In this document: positions 11,149-24,899 of the stretch, one piece after another
Position numbering within the stretch: position 1 is the stretch's first letter
Layout: every line of letters begins with the position of its first letter
NCBI GenBank assembly: GCA_964057225.1
Contig: OZ059900.1
Location: 23,932,001 to 23,996,000, forward strand
DNA length: 64,000 nucleotides
Origin: Auanema rhodensis
Lineage: Eukaryota > Animalia > Nematoda
Direction of reading: 5' to 3'
Translations under genes and position numbers: made by a program
Notes under the pieces: generated by a model
Told to the model about the DNA's origin: nothing
What the model saw: the letters and a program-made list of their open reading frames with translations, nothing else
The model's database searches: none

Positions 11149-11949
11149 ATGTAACACGCTGAAATTCGTTGCATTTGACGACTCATATGAACAAAAATCG
11201 ATTTATTCAATATTAGCCATAAGGGGCGTGCCCTCAGAATATGCTAATTTCCTTAATTTTCTAACCCCTGTTTTTTTGTCGTGAAAGTGGAACTAGACGT
11301 TGTACGAACAATTTTGAGCTAGGTTTCATTGACATTGCATGAGTTTGAACACATGAAATCGTAAGTCAAAACCTTGTTTACAGCGAAATTTCCAAAAACT
11401 GGTTTTCCAGCATAATAAAATATTTCTCATGGGAAATACTGTGTTTTTGTATTTTTCTAGTGTTCAACATGTAAAATGCTTCATTTTAGTATGTAACACG
11501 CTGAAATTCGTTGCATTTGACGACTCATATGAACAAAAATCGATTTAATCAATATTAGCCATAAGGGGCGTGCCCTCAGAATATGCTAATTTCCTTAATT
11601 TTCTAACCCCTGTTTTTTTGTCGTGAAAGTGGAACTAGACGTTGTACGAACAATTTTGAGCTAGGTTTCATTGACATTGCATGAGTTTGAACACATGAAA
11701 TCGTAAGTCAAAACCTTGTTTACAGCGAAATTTCCAAAAACTGGTTTTCCAGCATAATAAAATATTTCTCATGGGAAATACTGTGTTTTTGTATTTTTCT
11801 AGTGTTCAGCATGTAAAATGCTTCATTTTAGTATGTAACACGCTGAAATTCGTTGCATTTGACGACTCATATGAACAAAAATCGATTTAATCAATATTAG
11901 CCATAAGGGGCGTGCCCTCAGAATATGCTAATTTCCTTAATTTTCTAAC

Positions 11950-13950
11950 CCTTGTTTTTTTGTCGTGAAAGTGGAACTAGACGTTGTACGAACAATTTTG
12001 AGCTAGGTTTCATTGACATTGCATGAGTTTGAACACATGAAATCGTAAGTCAAAACCTTGTTTACAGCGAAATTTCCAAAAACTGGTTTTCCAGCATAAT
12101 AAAATATTTCTCATGGGAAATACTGTGTTTTTGTATTTTTCTAGTGTTCAGCATGTAAAATGGTTCATTTTAGTATGTAACACGCTGAAATTCGTTGCAT
12201 TTGACGACTCATATGAACAAAAATCGATTTAATCAATATTAGCCATAAGGGGCGTGCCCTCAGAATATGCTAATTTCCTTAATTTTCTAACCCTTGTTTT
12301 TTTGTCGTGAAAGTGGAACTAGACGTTGTACGAACAATTTTGAGCTAGGTTTCATTGACATTGCATGAGTTTGAACACATGAAATCGTAAGTCAAAACCT
12401 TGTTTACAGCGAAATTTCCAAAAACTGGTTTTCCAGCATAATAAAATATTTCTCATGGGAAATACTGTGTTTTTGTATTTTTCTAGTGTTCAGCATGTAA
12501 AATGCTTCATTTTAGTATGTAACACGCTGAAATTCGTTGCATTTGACGACTCATATGAACCAAAATCGATTTAATCAATATTAGCCATAAGGGGCGTGCC
12601 CTCAGAATATGCTAATTTCCTTAATTTTCTAACCCTTGTTTTTTTGTCGTGAAAGTGGAACTAGACGTTGTACGAACAATTTTGAGCTAGGTTTCATTGA
12701 CATTGCATGAGTTTGAACACATGAAATCGTAAGTCAAAACCTTGTTTACAGCGAAATTTCCAAAAACTGGTTTTCCAGCATAATAAAATATTTCTCATGG
12801 GAAATATTGTGTTTTTGTATTTTTCTAGTGTTCAGCATGTAAAATGCTTCATTTTAGTATGTAACACGCTGAAATTCGTTGCATTTGACGACTCATATGA
12901 ACAAAAATCGATTTAATCAATATTAGCCATAAGGGGCGTGCCCTCAGAATATGCTAATTTCCTTAATTTTCTAACCCCTGTTTTTTTGTCGTGAAAGTGG
13001 AACTAGACGTTGTACGAACAATTTTGAGCTAGGTTTCATTGACATTGCATGAGTTTGAACACATGAAATCGTAAGTCAAAACCTTGTTTACAGCGAAATT
13101 TCCAAAAACTGGTTTTCCAGCATAATAAAATATTTCTCATGGGAAATACTGTGTTTTTGTATTTTTCTAGTGTTCAGCATGTAAAATGGTTCATTTTAGT
13201 ATGTAACACGCTGAAATTCGTTGCATTTGACGACTCATATGAACAAAAATCGATTTAATCAATATTAGCCATAAGGGGCGTGCCCTCAGAATATGCTAAT
13301 TTCCTTAATTTTCTAACCCTTGTTTTTTTGTCGTGAAAGTGGAACTAGACGTTGTACGAACAATTTTGAGCTAGGTTTCATTGACATTGCATGAGTTTGA
13401 ACACATGAAATCGTAAGTCAAAACCTTGTTTACAGCGAAATTTCCAAAAACTGGTTTTCCAGCATAATAAAATATTTCTCATGGGAAATACTGTGTTTTT
13501 GTATTTTTCTAGTGTTCAGCATGTAAAATGCTTCATTTTAGTATGTAACACGCTGAAATTCGTTGCATTTGACGACTCATATGAACCAAAATCGATTTAA
13601 TCAATATTAGCCATAAGGGGCGTGCCCTCAGAATATGCTAATTTCCTTAATTTTCTAACCCTTGTTTTTTTGTCGTGAAAGTGGAACTAGACGTTGTACG
13701 AACAATTTTGAGCTAGGTTTCATTGACATTGCATGAGTTTGAACACATGAAATCGTAAGTCAAAACCTTGTTTACAGCGAAATTTCCAAAAACTGGTTTT
13801 CCAGCATAATAAAATATTTCTCATGGGAAATATTGTGTTTTTGTATTTTTCTAGTGTTCAGCATGTAAAATGCTTCATTTTAGTATGTAACACGCTGAAA
13901 TTCGTTGCATTTGACGACTCATATGAACAAAAATCGATTTAATCAATATT
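11950..13950 (-). repeat. 3-monomer (1026 bp) higher-order tandem duplication
   Basis: Variant pairs at 12163/13189, 12561/13587 and 12807/13833. Boundaries approximate. Confidence 0.88.
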
Positions 13951-16900
13951 AGCCATAAGGGGCGTGCCCTCAGAATATGCTAATTTCCTTAATTTTCTAA
14001 CCCCTGTTTTTTTGTCGTGAAAGTGGAACTAGACGTTGTACGAACAATTTTGAGCTAGGTTTCATTGACATTGCATGAGTTTGAACACATGAAATCGTAA
14101 GTCAAACCCTTGTTTACAGCGAAATTTCCAAAAACTGGTTTTCCAGCATAATAAAATATTTCTCATGGGAAATACTGTGTTTTTGTATTTTTCTAGTGTT
14201 CAGCATGTAAAATGCTTCATTTTAGTATGTAACACGCTGAAATTCGTTGCATTTGACGACTCATATGAACAAAAATCGATTTAATCAATATTAGCCATAA
14301 GGGGCGTGCCCTCAGAATATGCTAATTTCCTTAATTTTCTAACCCTTGTTTTTTTGTCGTGAAAGTGGAACTAGACGTTGTACGAACAATTTTGAGCTAA
14401 GTTTCATTGACATTGCATGAGTTTGAACACATGAAATCGTAAGTCAAAACCTTGTTTACAGCGAAATTTCCAAAAACTGGTTTTCCAGCATAATAAAATA
14501 TTTCTCATGGGAAATACTGTGTTTTTGTAATTTTTCTAGTGTTCAGCATGTAAAATGCTTCATTTTAGTATGTAACACGCTGAAATTCGTTGCATTTGAC
14601 GACTCATATGAACAAAAATCGATTTAATCAATATTAGCCATAAGGGGCGTGCCCTCAGAATATGCTAATTTCCTTAATTTTCTAACCCCTGTTTTTTTGT
14701 CGTGAAAGTGGAACTAGACGTTGTACGAACAATTTTGAGCTAGGTTTCATTGACATTGCATGAGTTTGAACACATGAAATCGTAAGTCAAACCCTTGTTT
14801 ACAGCGAAATTTCCAAAAACTGGTTTTCCAGCATAATAAAATATTTCTCATGGGAAATACTGTGTTTTTGTATTTTTCTAGTGTTCAGCATGTAAAATGC
14901 TTCATTTTAGTATGTAACACGCTGAAATTCGTTGCATTTGACGACTCATATGAACAAAAATCGATTTAATCAATATTAGCCATAAGGGGCGTGCCCTCAG
15001 AATATGCTAATTTCCTTAATTTTCTAAACCCTGTTTTTTTGTCGTGAAAGTGGAACTAGACGTTGTACGAACAATTTTGAGCTAAGTTTCATTGACATTG
15101 CATGAGTTTGAACACATGAAATCGTAAGTCAAAACCTTGTTTACAGCGAAATTTCCAAAAACTGGTTTTCCAGCATAATAAAATATTTCTCATGGGAAAT
15201 ACTGTGTTTTTGTTTTTTTCTAGTGTTCAGCATGTAAAATGCTTCATTTTAGTATGTAACACGCTGAAATTCGTTGCATTTGACGACTCATATGAACAAA
15301 AATCGATTTAATCAATATTAGCCATAAGGGGCGTGCCCTCAGAATATGCTAATTTCCTTAATTTTCTAACCCCTGTTTTTTTGTCGTGAAAGTGGAACTA
15401 GACGTTGTACGAACAATTTTGAGCTAGGTTTCATTGACATTGCATGAGTTTGAACACATGAAATCGTAAGTCAAAACCTTGTTTACAGCGTAATTTCCAA
15501 AAACTGGTTTTCCATCCAGCATAATAAAATATTTCTCATGGGAAATACTGTGTTTTTGTATTTTTCTAGTGTTCAGCATGTAAAATGCTTCATTTTAGTA
15601 TGTAACACGCTGAATTTCGTTGCATTTGACGACTCATATGAACAAAAATCGATTTAATCAATATTAGCCATAAGGGGCGTGCCCTCAGAATATGCTAATT
15701 TCCTTAATTTTCTAACCCTTGTTTTTTTGTCGTGAAAGTGGAACTAGACGTTGTACAAACAATTTTGAGCTAGGTTTCATTGACATTGCATGAGTTTGAA
15801 CACATGAAATCGTAAGTCAAAACCTTGTTTACAGCGAAATTTCCAAAAACTGGTTTTCCAGCATGATAAAATATTTCTCATGGGAAATACTGTGTTTTTG
15901 TATTTTTCTAGTGTTCAGCATGTGAAATGCTTCATTTTAGTATGTAACACGCTGAAATTCGTTGCATTTGACGACTCATATGAACAAAAATCGATTTAAT
16001 CAATATTAGCCATAAGGGGCGTGCCCTCAGAATATACTAATTTCCTTAATTTTCTAACCCCTGTTTTTTTTGTCGTGAAAGTGGAACTAGACGTTGTACA
16101 AACAATTTTGAGCTAGGTTTCATTGACATTGCATGAGTTTGAACACATGAAATCGTAAGTCAAAACCTTGTTTACAGCGAAATTTCCAAAAACTGGTTTT
16201 CCAGCATAATAAAATATTTCTCATGGGAAATACTGTGTTTTTGTATTTTTCTAGTGTTCAGCATGTAAAATGCTTCATTTTAGTATGTAACACGCTGAAA
16301 TTCGTTGCATTTGACGACTCATATGAACAAAAATCGATTTAATCATTATTAGCCATAAGGGGCGTGCCCTCAGAATATGCTAATTTCCTTAATTTTCTAA
16401 CCCCTGTTTTTTTGTCGTGAAAGTGGAACTAGACGTTGTACGAACAATTTTGAGCTAGGTTTCATTGACATTGCATGAGTTTGAACACATGAAATCGTAA
16501 GTCAAAACCTTGTTTACAGCGAAATTTCCAAAAACTGGTTTTCCAGCATAATAAAATATTTCTCATGGGAAATACTGTGTTTTTGTATTTTTCTAGTGTT
16601 CAGCATGTAAAATGCTTCATTTTAGTATGTAACACGCTGAAATTCGTTGCATTTGACGACTCATATGAACAAAAATCGATTTAATCAATATTAGCCATAA
16701 GGGGCGTGCCCTCAGAATATGCTAATTTCCTTAATTTTCTAACCCCTGTTTTTTTGTCGTGAAAGTGGAACTAGACGTTGTACGAACAATTTTGAGCTAA
16801 GTTTCATTGACATTGCATGAGTTTGAACACATGAAATCGTAAGTCAAAACCTTGTTTACAGCGAAATTTCCAAAAACTGGTTTTCCAGCATAATAAAATA

Positions 16901-19900
16901 TTTCTCATGGGAAATACTGTGTTTTTGTATTTTTCTAGTGTTCAGCATGTAAAATGTTTCATTTTAGTATGTAACACGCTGAAATTCGTTGCATTTGACG
17001 ACTCATATGAACAAAAATCGATTTAATCAATATTAGCCATAAGGGGCGTGCCCTCAGAATATGCTAATTTCCTTAATTTTCTAACCCCTGTTTTTTTGTC
17101 GTGAAAGTGGAACTAGACGTTGTACGAACAATTTTGAGCTAGGTTTCATTGACATTGCATGAGTTTGAACACATGAAATCGTAAGTCAAAACCTTGTTTA
17201 CAGCGAAATTTCCAAAAACTGGTTTTCCAGCATAATAAAATATTTCTCATGGGAAATACTGTGTTTTTGTATTTTTCTAGTGTTCAGCATGTAAAATGCT
17301 TCATTTTAGTATGTAACACGCTGAAATTCGTTGCATTTGACGACTCATATGAACAAAAATCGATTTAATCAATATTAGCCATAAGGGGCGTGCCCTCAGA
17401 ATATGCTAATTTCCTTAATTTTCTAACCCCTGTTTTTTTGTCGTGAAAGTGGAACTAGACGTTGTACGAACAATTTTGAGCTAGGTTTCATTGACATTGC
17501 ATGAGTTTGAACACATGAAATCGTAAGTCAAAACCTTGTTTACAGCGAAATTTCCAAAAACTGGTTTTCCAGCATAATAAAATATTTCTCATGGGAAATA
17601 CTGTGTTTTTGTTTTTTTCTAGTGTTCAGCATGTAAAATGCTTCATTTTAGTATGTAACACGCAGAAATTCGTTGCATTTGACGACTCATATGAACAAAA
17701 ATCGATTTAATCATTATTAGCCATAAGGGGCGTGCCCTCAGAATATGCTAATTTCCTTAATTTTCTAACCCCTGTTTTTTTGTCCTGAAAGTGGAACTAG
17801 ACGTTGTACGAACAATTTTGAGCTAGGTTTCATTGACATTGCATGAGTTTGAACACATGAAATCGTAAGTCAAAACCTTGTTTACAGCGAAATTTCCAAA
17901 AACTGGTTTTCCAGCATAATAAAATATTTCTCATGGGAAATACTGTGTTTTTGTATTTTTCTAGTGTTCAGCATGTGAAATGCTTCATTTTAGTATGTAA
18001 CACGCTGAAATTCGTTGCATTTGACGACTCATATGAACAAAAATCGATTTAATCAATATTAGCCATAAGGGGCGTGCCCTCAGAATATGCTAATTTCCTT
18101 AATTTTCTAACCCCTGTTTTTTTGTCGTGAAAGTGGAACTAGACGTTGTACGAACAATTTTGAGCTAGGTTTCATTGACATTGCATGAGTTTGAACACAT
18201 GAAATCGTAAGTCAAAACCTTGTTTACAGCGAAATTTCCAAAAACTGGTTTTCCAGCATAATAAAATATTTCTCATGGGAAATACTGTGTTTTTGTATTT
18301 TTCTAGTGTTCAGCATGTAAAATGCTTCATTTTAGTATGTAACACGCTGAAATTCGTTGCATTTGACGACTCATATGAACAAAAATCGATTTAATCAATA
18401 TTAGCCATAAGGGGCGTGCCCTCAGAATATGCTAATTTCCTTAATTTTCTAACCCCTGTTTTTTTGTCGTGAAAGTGGAACTAGACGTTGTACGAACAAT
18501 TTTGAGCTAGGTTTCATTGACATTGCATGAGTTTGAACACATGAAATCGTAAGTCAAAACCTTGTTTACAGCGAAATTTCCAAAATCTGGTTTTCCAGCA
18601 TAATAAAATATTTCTCATGGGAAATACTGTGTTTTTGTATTTTTCTAGTGTTCAGCATGTAAAATGCTTCATTTTAGTATGTAACACGCTGAAATTCGTT
18701 GCATTTGACGACTCATATGAACAAAAATCGATTTAATCAATATTAGCCATAAGGGGCGTGCCCTCAGAATATGCTAATTTCCTTAATTTTCTAACCCCTG
18801 TTTTTTTGTCGTGAAAGTGGAACTAGACGTTGTACGAACAATTTTGAGCTAAGTTTCATTGACATTGCATGAGTTTGAACACATGAAATCGTAAGTCAAA
18901 ACCTTGTTTACAGCGAAATTTCCAAAAACTGGTTTTCCAGCATAATAAAATATTTCTCATGGGAAATACTGTGTTTTTGTTTTTTTCTAGTGTTCAGCAT
19001 GTAAAATGCTTCATTTTAGTATGTAACACGCAGAAATTCGTTGCATTTGACGACTCATATGAACAAAAATCGATTTAATCATTATTAGCCATAAGGGGCG
19101 TGCCCTCAGAATATGCTAATTTCCTTAATTTTCTAACCCCTGTTTTTTTGTCGTGAAAGTGGAACTAGACGTTGTACGAACAATTTTGAGCTAGGTTTCA
19201 TTGACATTGCATGAGTTTGAACACATGAAATCGTAAGTCAAAACCTTGTTTACAGCGAAATTTCCAAAAACTGGTTTTCCAGCATAATAAAATATTTCTC
19301 ATGGGAAATACTGTGTTTTTGTATTTTTCTAGTGTTCAGCATGTAAAATGTTTCATTTTAGTATGTAACACGCTGAAATTCGTTGCATTTGACGACTCAT
19401 ATGAACAAAAATCGATTTAATCAATATTAGCCATAAGGGGCGTGCCCTCAGAATATGCTAATTTCCTTAATTTTCTAACCCCTGTTTTTTTGTCGTGAAA
19501 GTGGAACTAGACGTTGTACGAACAATTTTGAGCTAGGTTTCATTGACATTGCATGAGTTTGAACACATGAAATCGTAAGTCAAAACCTTGTTTACAGCGA
19601 AATTTCCAAAAACTGGTTTTCCAGCATAATAAAATATTTCTCATGGGAAATACTGTGTTTTTGTATTTTTCTAGTGTTCAGCATGTAAAATGCTTCATTT
19701 TAGTATGTAACACGCTGAAATTCGTTGCATTTGACGACTCATATGAACAAAAATCGATTTAATCAATATTAGCCATAAGGGGCGTGCCCTCAGAATATGC
19801 TAATTTCCTTAATTTTCTAACCCCTGTTTTTTTGTCGTGAAAGTGGAACTAGACGTTGTACGAACAATTTTGAGCTAGGTTTCATTGACATTGCATGAGT

Positions 19901-20299
19901 TTGAACACATGAAATCGTAAGTCAAAACCTTGTTTACAGCGAAATTTCCAAAAACTGGTTTTCCAGCATAATAAAATATTTCTCATGGGAAATACTGTGT
20001 TTTTGTATTTTTCTAGTGTTCAGCATGTAAAATGCTTCATTTTAGTATGTAACACGCTGAAATTCGTTGCATTTGACGACTCATATGAACAAAAATCGAT
20101 TTAATCAATATTAGCTATAAGGGGCGTGCCCTCAGAATATGCTAATTTCCTTAATTTTCTAACCCCTGTTTTTTTGTCGTGAAAGTGGAACTAGACGTTG
20201 TACGAACAATTTTGAGCTAAGTTTCATTGACATTGCATGAGTTTGAACACATGAAATCGTAAGTCAAAACCTTGTTTACAGCGAAATTTCCAAAAACTG

Positions 20300-23050
20300 G
20301 TTTTCCAGCATGATAAAATATTTCTCATGGGAAATACTGTGTTTTTGTATTTTTCTAGTGTTCAGCATGTGAAATGCTTCATTTTAGTATGTAACACGCT
20401 GAAATTCGTTGCATTTGACGACTCATATGAACAAAAATCGATTTAATCAATATTAGCCATAAGGGGCGTGCCCTCAGAATATACTAATTTCCTTAATTTT
20501 CTAACCCCTGTTTTTTTTGTCGTGAAAGTGGAACTAGACGTTGTACAAACAATTTTGAGCTAGGTTTCATTGACATTGCATGAGTTTGAACACATGAAAT
20601 CGTAAGTCAAAACCTTGTTTACAGCGAAATTTCCAAAAACTGGTTTTCCAGCATAATAAAATATTTCTCATGGGAAATACTGTGTTTTTGTTTTTTTCTA
20701 GTGTTCAGCATGTAAAATGCTTCATTTTAGTATGTAACACGCTGAAATTCGTTGCATTTGACGACTCATATGAACAAAAATCGATTTAATCAATATTAGC
20801 CATAAGGGGCGTGCCCTCAGAATATACTAATTTCCTTAATTTTCTAACCCCTGTTTTTTTGTCGTGAAAGTGGAACTAGACGTTGTACGAACAATTTTGA
20901 GCTAGGTTTCATTGACATTGCATGAGTTTGAACACATGAAATCGTAAGTCAAAACCTTGTTTACAGCGAAATTTCCAAAAACTGGTTTTCCAGCATAATA
21001 AAATATTTCTCATGGGAAATACTGTGTTTTTGTATTTTTCTAGTGTTCAGCATGTAAAATGCTTCATTTTAGTATGTAACACGCTGAAATTCGTTGCATT
21101 TGACGACTCATATGAACAAAAATCGATTTAATCAATATTAGCCATAAGGGGCGTGCCCTCAGAATATGCTAATTTCCTTAATTTTCTAACCCTTGTTTTT
21201 TTGTCGTGAAAGTGGAACTAGACGTTGTACAAACAATTTTGAGCTAGGTTTCATTGACATTGCATGAGTTTGAACACATGAAATCGTAAGTCAAAACCTT
21301 GTTTACAGCGAAATTTCCAAAAACTGGTTTTCCAGCATGATAAAATATTTCTCATGGGAAATACTGTGTTTTTGTATTTTTCTAGTGTTCAGCATGTGAA
21401 ATGCTTCATTTTAGTATGTAACACGCTGAAATTCGTTGCATTTGACGACTCATATGAACAAAAATCGATTTAATCAATATTAGCCATAAGGGGCGTGCCC
21501 TCAGAATATACTAATTTCCTTAATTTTCTAACCCCTGTTTTTTTTGTCGTGAAAGTGGAACTAGACGTTGTACAAACAATTTTGAGCTAGGTTTCATTGA
21601 CATTGCATGAGTTTGAACACATGAAATCGTAAGTCAAAACCTTGTTTACAGCGAAATTTCCAAAAACTGGTTTTCCAGCATGATAAAATATTTCTCATGG
21701 GAAATACTGTGTTTTTGTATTTTTCTAGTGTTCAGCATGTAAAATGCTTCATTTTAGTATGTAACACGCTGAAATTCGTTGCATTTGACGACTCATATGA
21801 ACAAAAATCGATTTAATCAATATTAGCCATAAGGGGCGTGCCCTCAGAATATACTAATTTCCTTAATTTTCTAACCCCTGTTTTTTTTGTCGTGAAAGTG
21901 GAACTAGACGTTGTACAAACAATTTTGAGCTAGGTTTCATTGACATTGCATGAGTTTGAACACATGAAATCGTAAGTCAAAACCTTGTTTACAGCGAAAT
22001 TTCCAAAAACTGGTTTTCCAGCATAATAAAATATTTCTCATGGGAAATACTGTGTTTTTGTTTTTTTCTAGTGTTCAGCATGTAAAATGCTTCATTTTAG
22101 TATGTAACACGCTGAAATTCGTTGCATTTGACGACTCATATGAACAAAAATCGATTTAATCAATATTAGCCATAAGGGGCGTGCCCTCAGAATATACTAA
22201 TTTCCTTAATTTTCTAACCCCTGTTTTTTTGTCGTGAAAGTGGAACTAGACGTTGTACGAACAATTTTGAGCTAGGTTTCATTGACATTGCATGAGTTTG
22301 AACACATGAAATCGTAAGTCAAAACCTTGTTTACAGCGAAATTTCCAAAAACTGGTTTTCCAGCATAATAAAATATTTCTCATGGGAAATACTGTGTTTT
22401 TGTATTTTTCTAGTGTTCAGCATGTAAAATGCTTCATTTTAGTATGTAACACGCTGAAATTCGTTGCATTTGACGACTCATATGAACAAAAATCGATTTA
22501 ATCAATATTAGCCATAAGGGGCGTGCCCTCAGAATATGCTAATTTCCTTAATTTTCTAACCCTTGTTTTTTTGTCGTGAAAGTGGAACTAGACGTTGTAC
22601 AAACAATTTTGAGCTAGGTTTCATTGACATTGCATGAGTTTGAACACATGAAATCGTAAGTCAAAACCTTGTTTACAGCGAAATTTCCAAAAACTGGTTT
22701 TCCAGCATGATAAAATATTTCTCATGGGAAATACTGTGTTTTTGTATTTTTCTAGTGTTCAGCATGTGAAATGCTTCATTTTAGTATGTAACACGCTGAA
22801 ATTCGTTGCATTTGACGACTCATATGAACAAAAATCGATTTAATCAATATTAGCCATAAGGGGCGTGCCCTCAGAATATACTAATTTCCTTAATTTTCTA
22901 ACCCCTGTTTTTTTTGTCGTGAAAGTGGAACTAGACGTTGTACAAACAATTTTGAGCTAGGTTTCATTGACATTGCATGAGTTTGAACACATGAAATCGT
23001 AAGTCAAAACCTTGTTTACAGCGAAATTTCCAAAAACTGGTTTTCCAGCA
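20300..23050 (-). repeat. 4-monomer (1370 bp) higher-order tandem duplication
   Basis: CATGATA variant at 20312/21682 and 21339/22709; T7-CTA variant at 20691/22061. Boundaries approximate. Confidence 0.85.
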
Positions 23051-24899
23051 TAATAAAATATTTCTCATGGGAAATACTGTGTTTTTGTATTTTTCTAGTG
23101 TTCAGCATGTAAAATGCTTCATTTTAGTATGTAACACGCTGAAATTCGTTGCATTTGACGACTCATATGAACAAAAATCGATTTAATCATTATTAGCCAT
23201 AAGGGGCGTGCCCTCAGAATATGCTAATTTCCTTAATTTTCTAACCCCTGTTTTTTTGTCGTGAAAGTGGAACTAGACGTTGTACGAACAATTTTGAGCT
23301 AGGTTTCATTGACATTGCATGAGTTTGAACACATGAAATCGTAAGTCAAAACCTTGTTTACAGCGAAATTTCCAAAAACTGGTTTTCCAGCATAATAAAA
23401 TATTTCTCATGGGAAATACTGTGTTTTTGTATTTTTCTAGTGTTCAGCATGTAAAATGCTTCATTTTAGTATGTAACACGCTGAAATTCGTTGCATTTGA
23501 CGACTCATATGAACAAAAATCGATTTAATCAATATTAGCCATAAGGGGCGTGCCCTCAGAATATGCTAATTTCCTTAATTTTCTAACCCCTGTTTTTTTG
23601 TCGTGAAAGTGGAACTAGACGTTGTACGAACAATTTTGAGCTAAGTTTCATTGACATTGCATGAGTTTGAACACATGAAATCGTAAGTCAAAACCTTGTT
23701 TACAGCGAAATTTCCAAAAACTGGTTTTCCAGCATAATAAAATATTTCTCATGGGAAATACTGTGTTTTTGTATTTTTCTAGTGTTCAGCAAGTAAAATG
23801 CTTCATTTTAGTATGTAACACGCTGAAATTCGTTGCATTTGACGACTCATATGAACAAAAATCGATTTAATCAATATTAGCCATAAGGGGCGTGCCCTCA
23901 GAATATGCTAATTTCCTTAATTTTCTAACCCCTGTTTTTTTGTCGTGAAAGTGGAACTAGACGTTGTACGAACAATTTTGAGCTAGGTTTCATTGACATT
24001 GCATGAGTTTGAACACATGAAATCGTAAGTCAAAACCTTGTTTACAGCGAAATTTCCAAAATCTGGTTTTCCAGCATAATAAAATATTTCTCATGGGAAA
24101 TACTGTGTTTTTGTATTTTTCTAGTGTTCAGCATGTAAAATGCTTCATTTTAGTATGTAACACGCTGAAATTCGTTGCATTTGACGACTCATATGAACAA
24201 AAATCGATTTAATCAATATTAGCCATAAGGGGCGTGCCCTCAGAATATGCTAATTTCCTTAATTTTCTAACCCCTGTTTTTTTGTCGTGAAAGTGGAACT
24301 AGACGTTGTACGAACAATTTTGAGCTAAGTTTCATTGACATTGCATGAGTTTGAACACATGAAATCGTAAGTCAAAACCTTGTTTACAGCGAAATTTCCA
24401 AAAACTGGTTTTCCAGCATAATAAAATATTTCTCATGGGAAATACTGTGTTTTTGTATTTTTCTAGTGTTCAGCATGTAAAACACTTCATTTTAGTATGT
24501 AACACGCTGAAATTCGTTGCATTTGACGACTCATATGAACAAAAATCGATTTAATCAATATTAGCCATAAGGGGCGTGCCCTCAGAATATGCTAATTTCC
24601 TTAATTTTCTAACCCCTGTTTTTTTGTCGTGAAAGTGGAACTAGACGTTGTACGAACAATTTTGAGCTAGGTTTCATTGACATTGCATGAGTTTGAACAC
24701 ATGAAATCGTAAGTCAAAACCTTGTTTACAGCGAAATTTCCAAAAACTGGTTTTCCAGCATAATAAAATATTTCTCATGGGAAATACTGTGTTTTTGTAT
24801 TTTTCTAGTGTTCAGCATGTAAAATGCTTCATTTTAGTATGTAACACGCTGAAATTCGTTGCATTTGACGACTCATATGAACAAAAATCGATTTAATCA

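Noticed and set aside
11164-11180. CENP-B box-like ATTCGTTGCATTTGACG (once per monomer)
   Set aside because: It matches TTCG and the central A but lacks the CGGG half (6 of 9 core positions), so it is not expected to be functional.
10986-11210. 74-aa Phe-rich ORF across the junction
   Set aside because: The poly-Phe is a translation of the A(n)CAG filler and the rest is satellite sequence. A chance product of the rearrangement with no evidence of expression.
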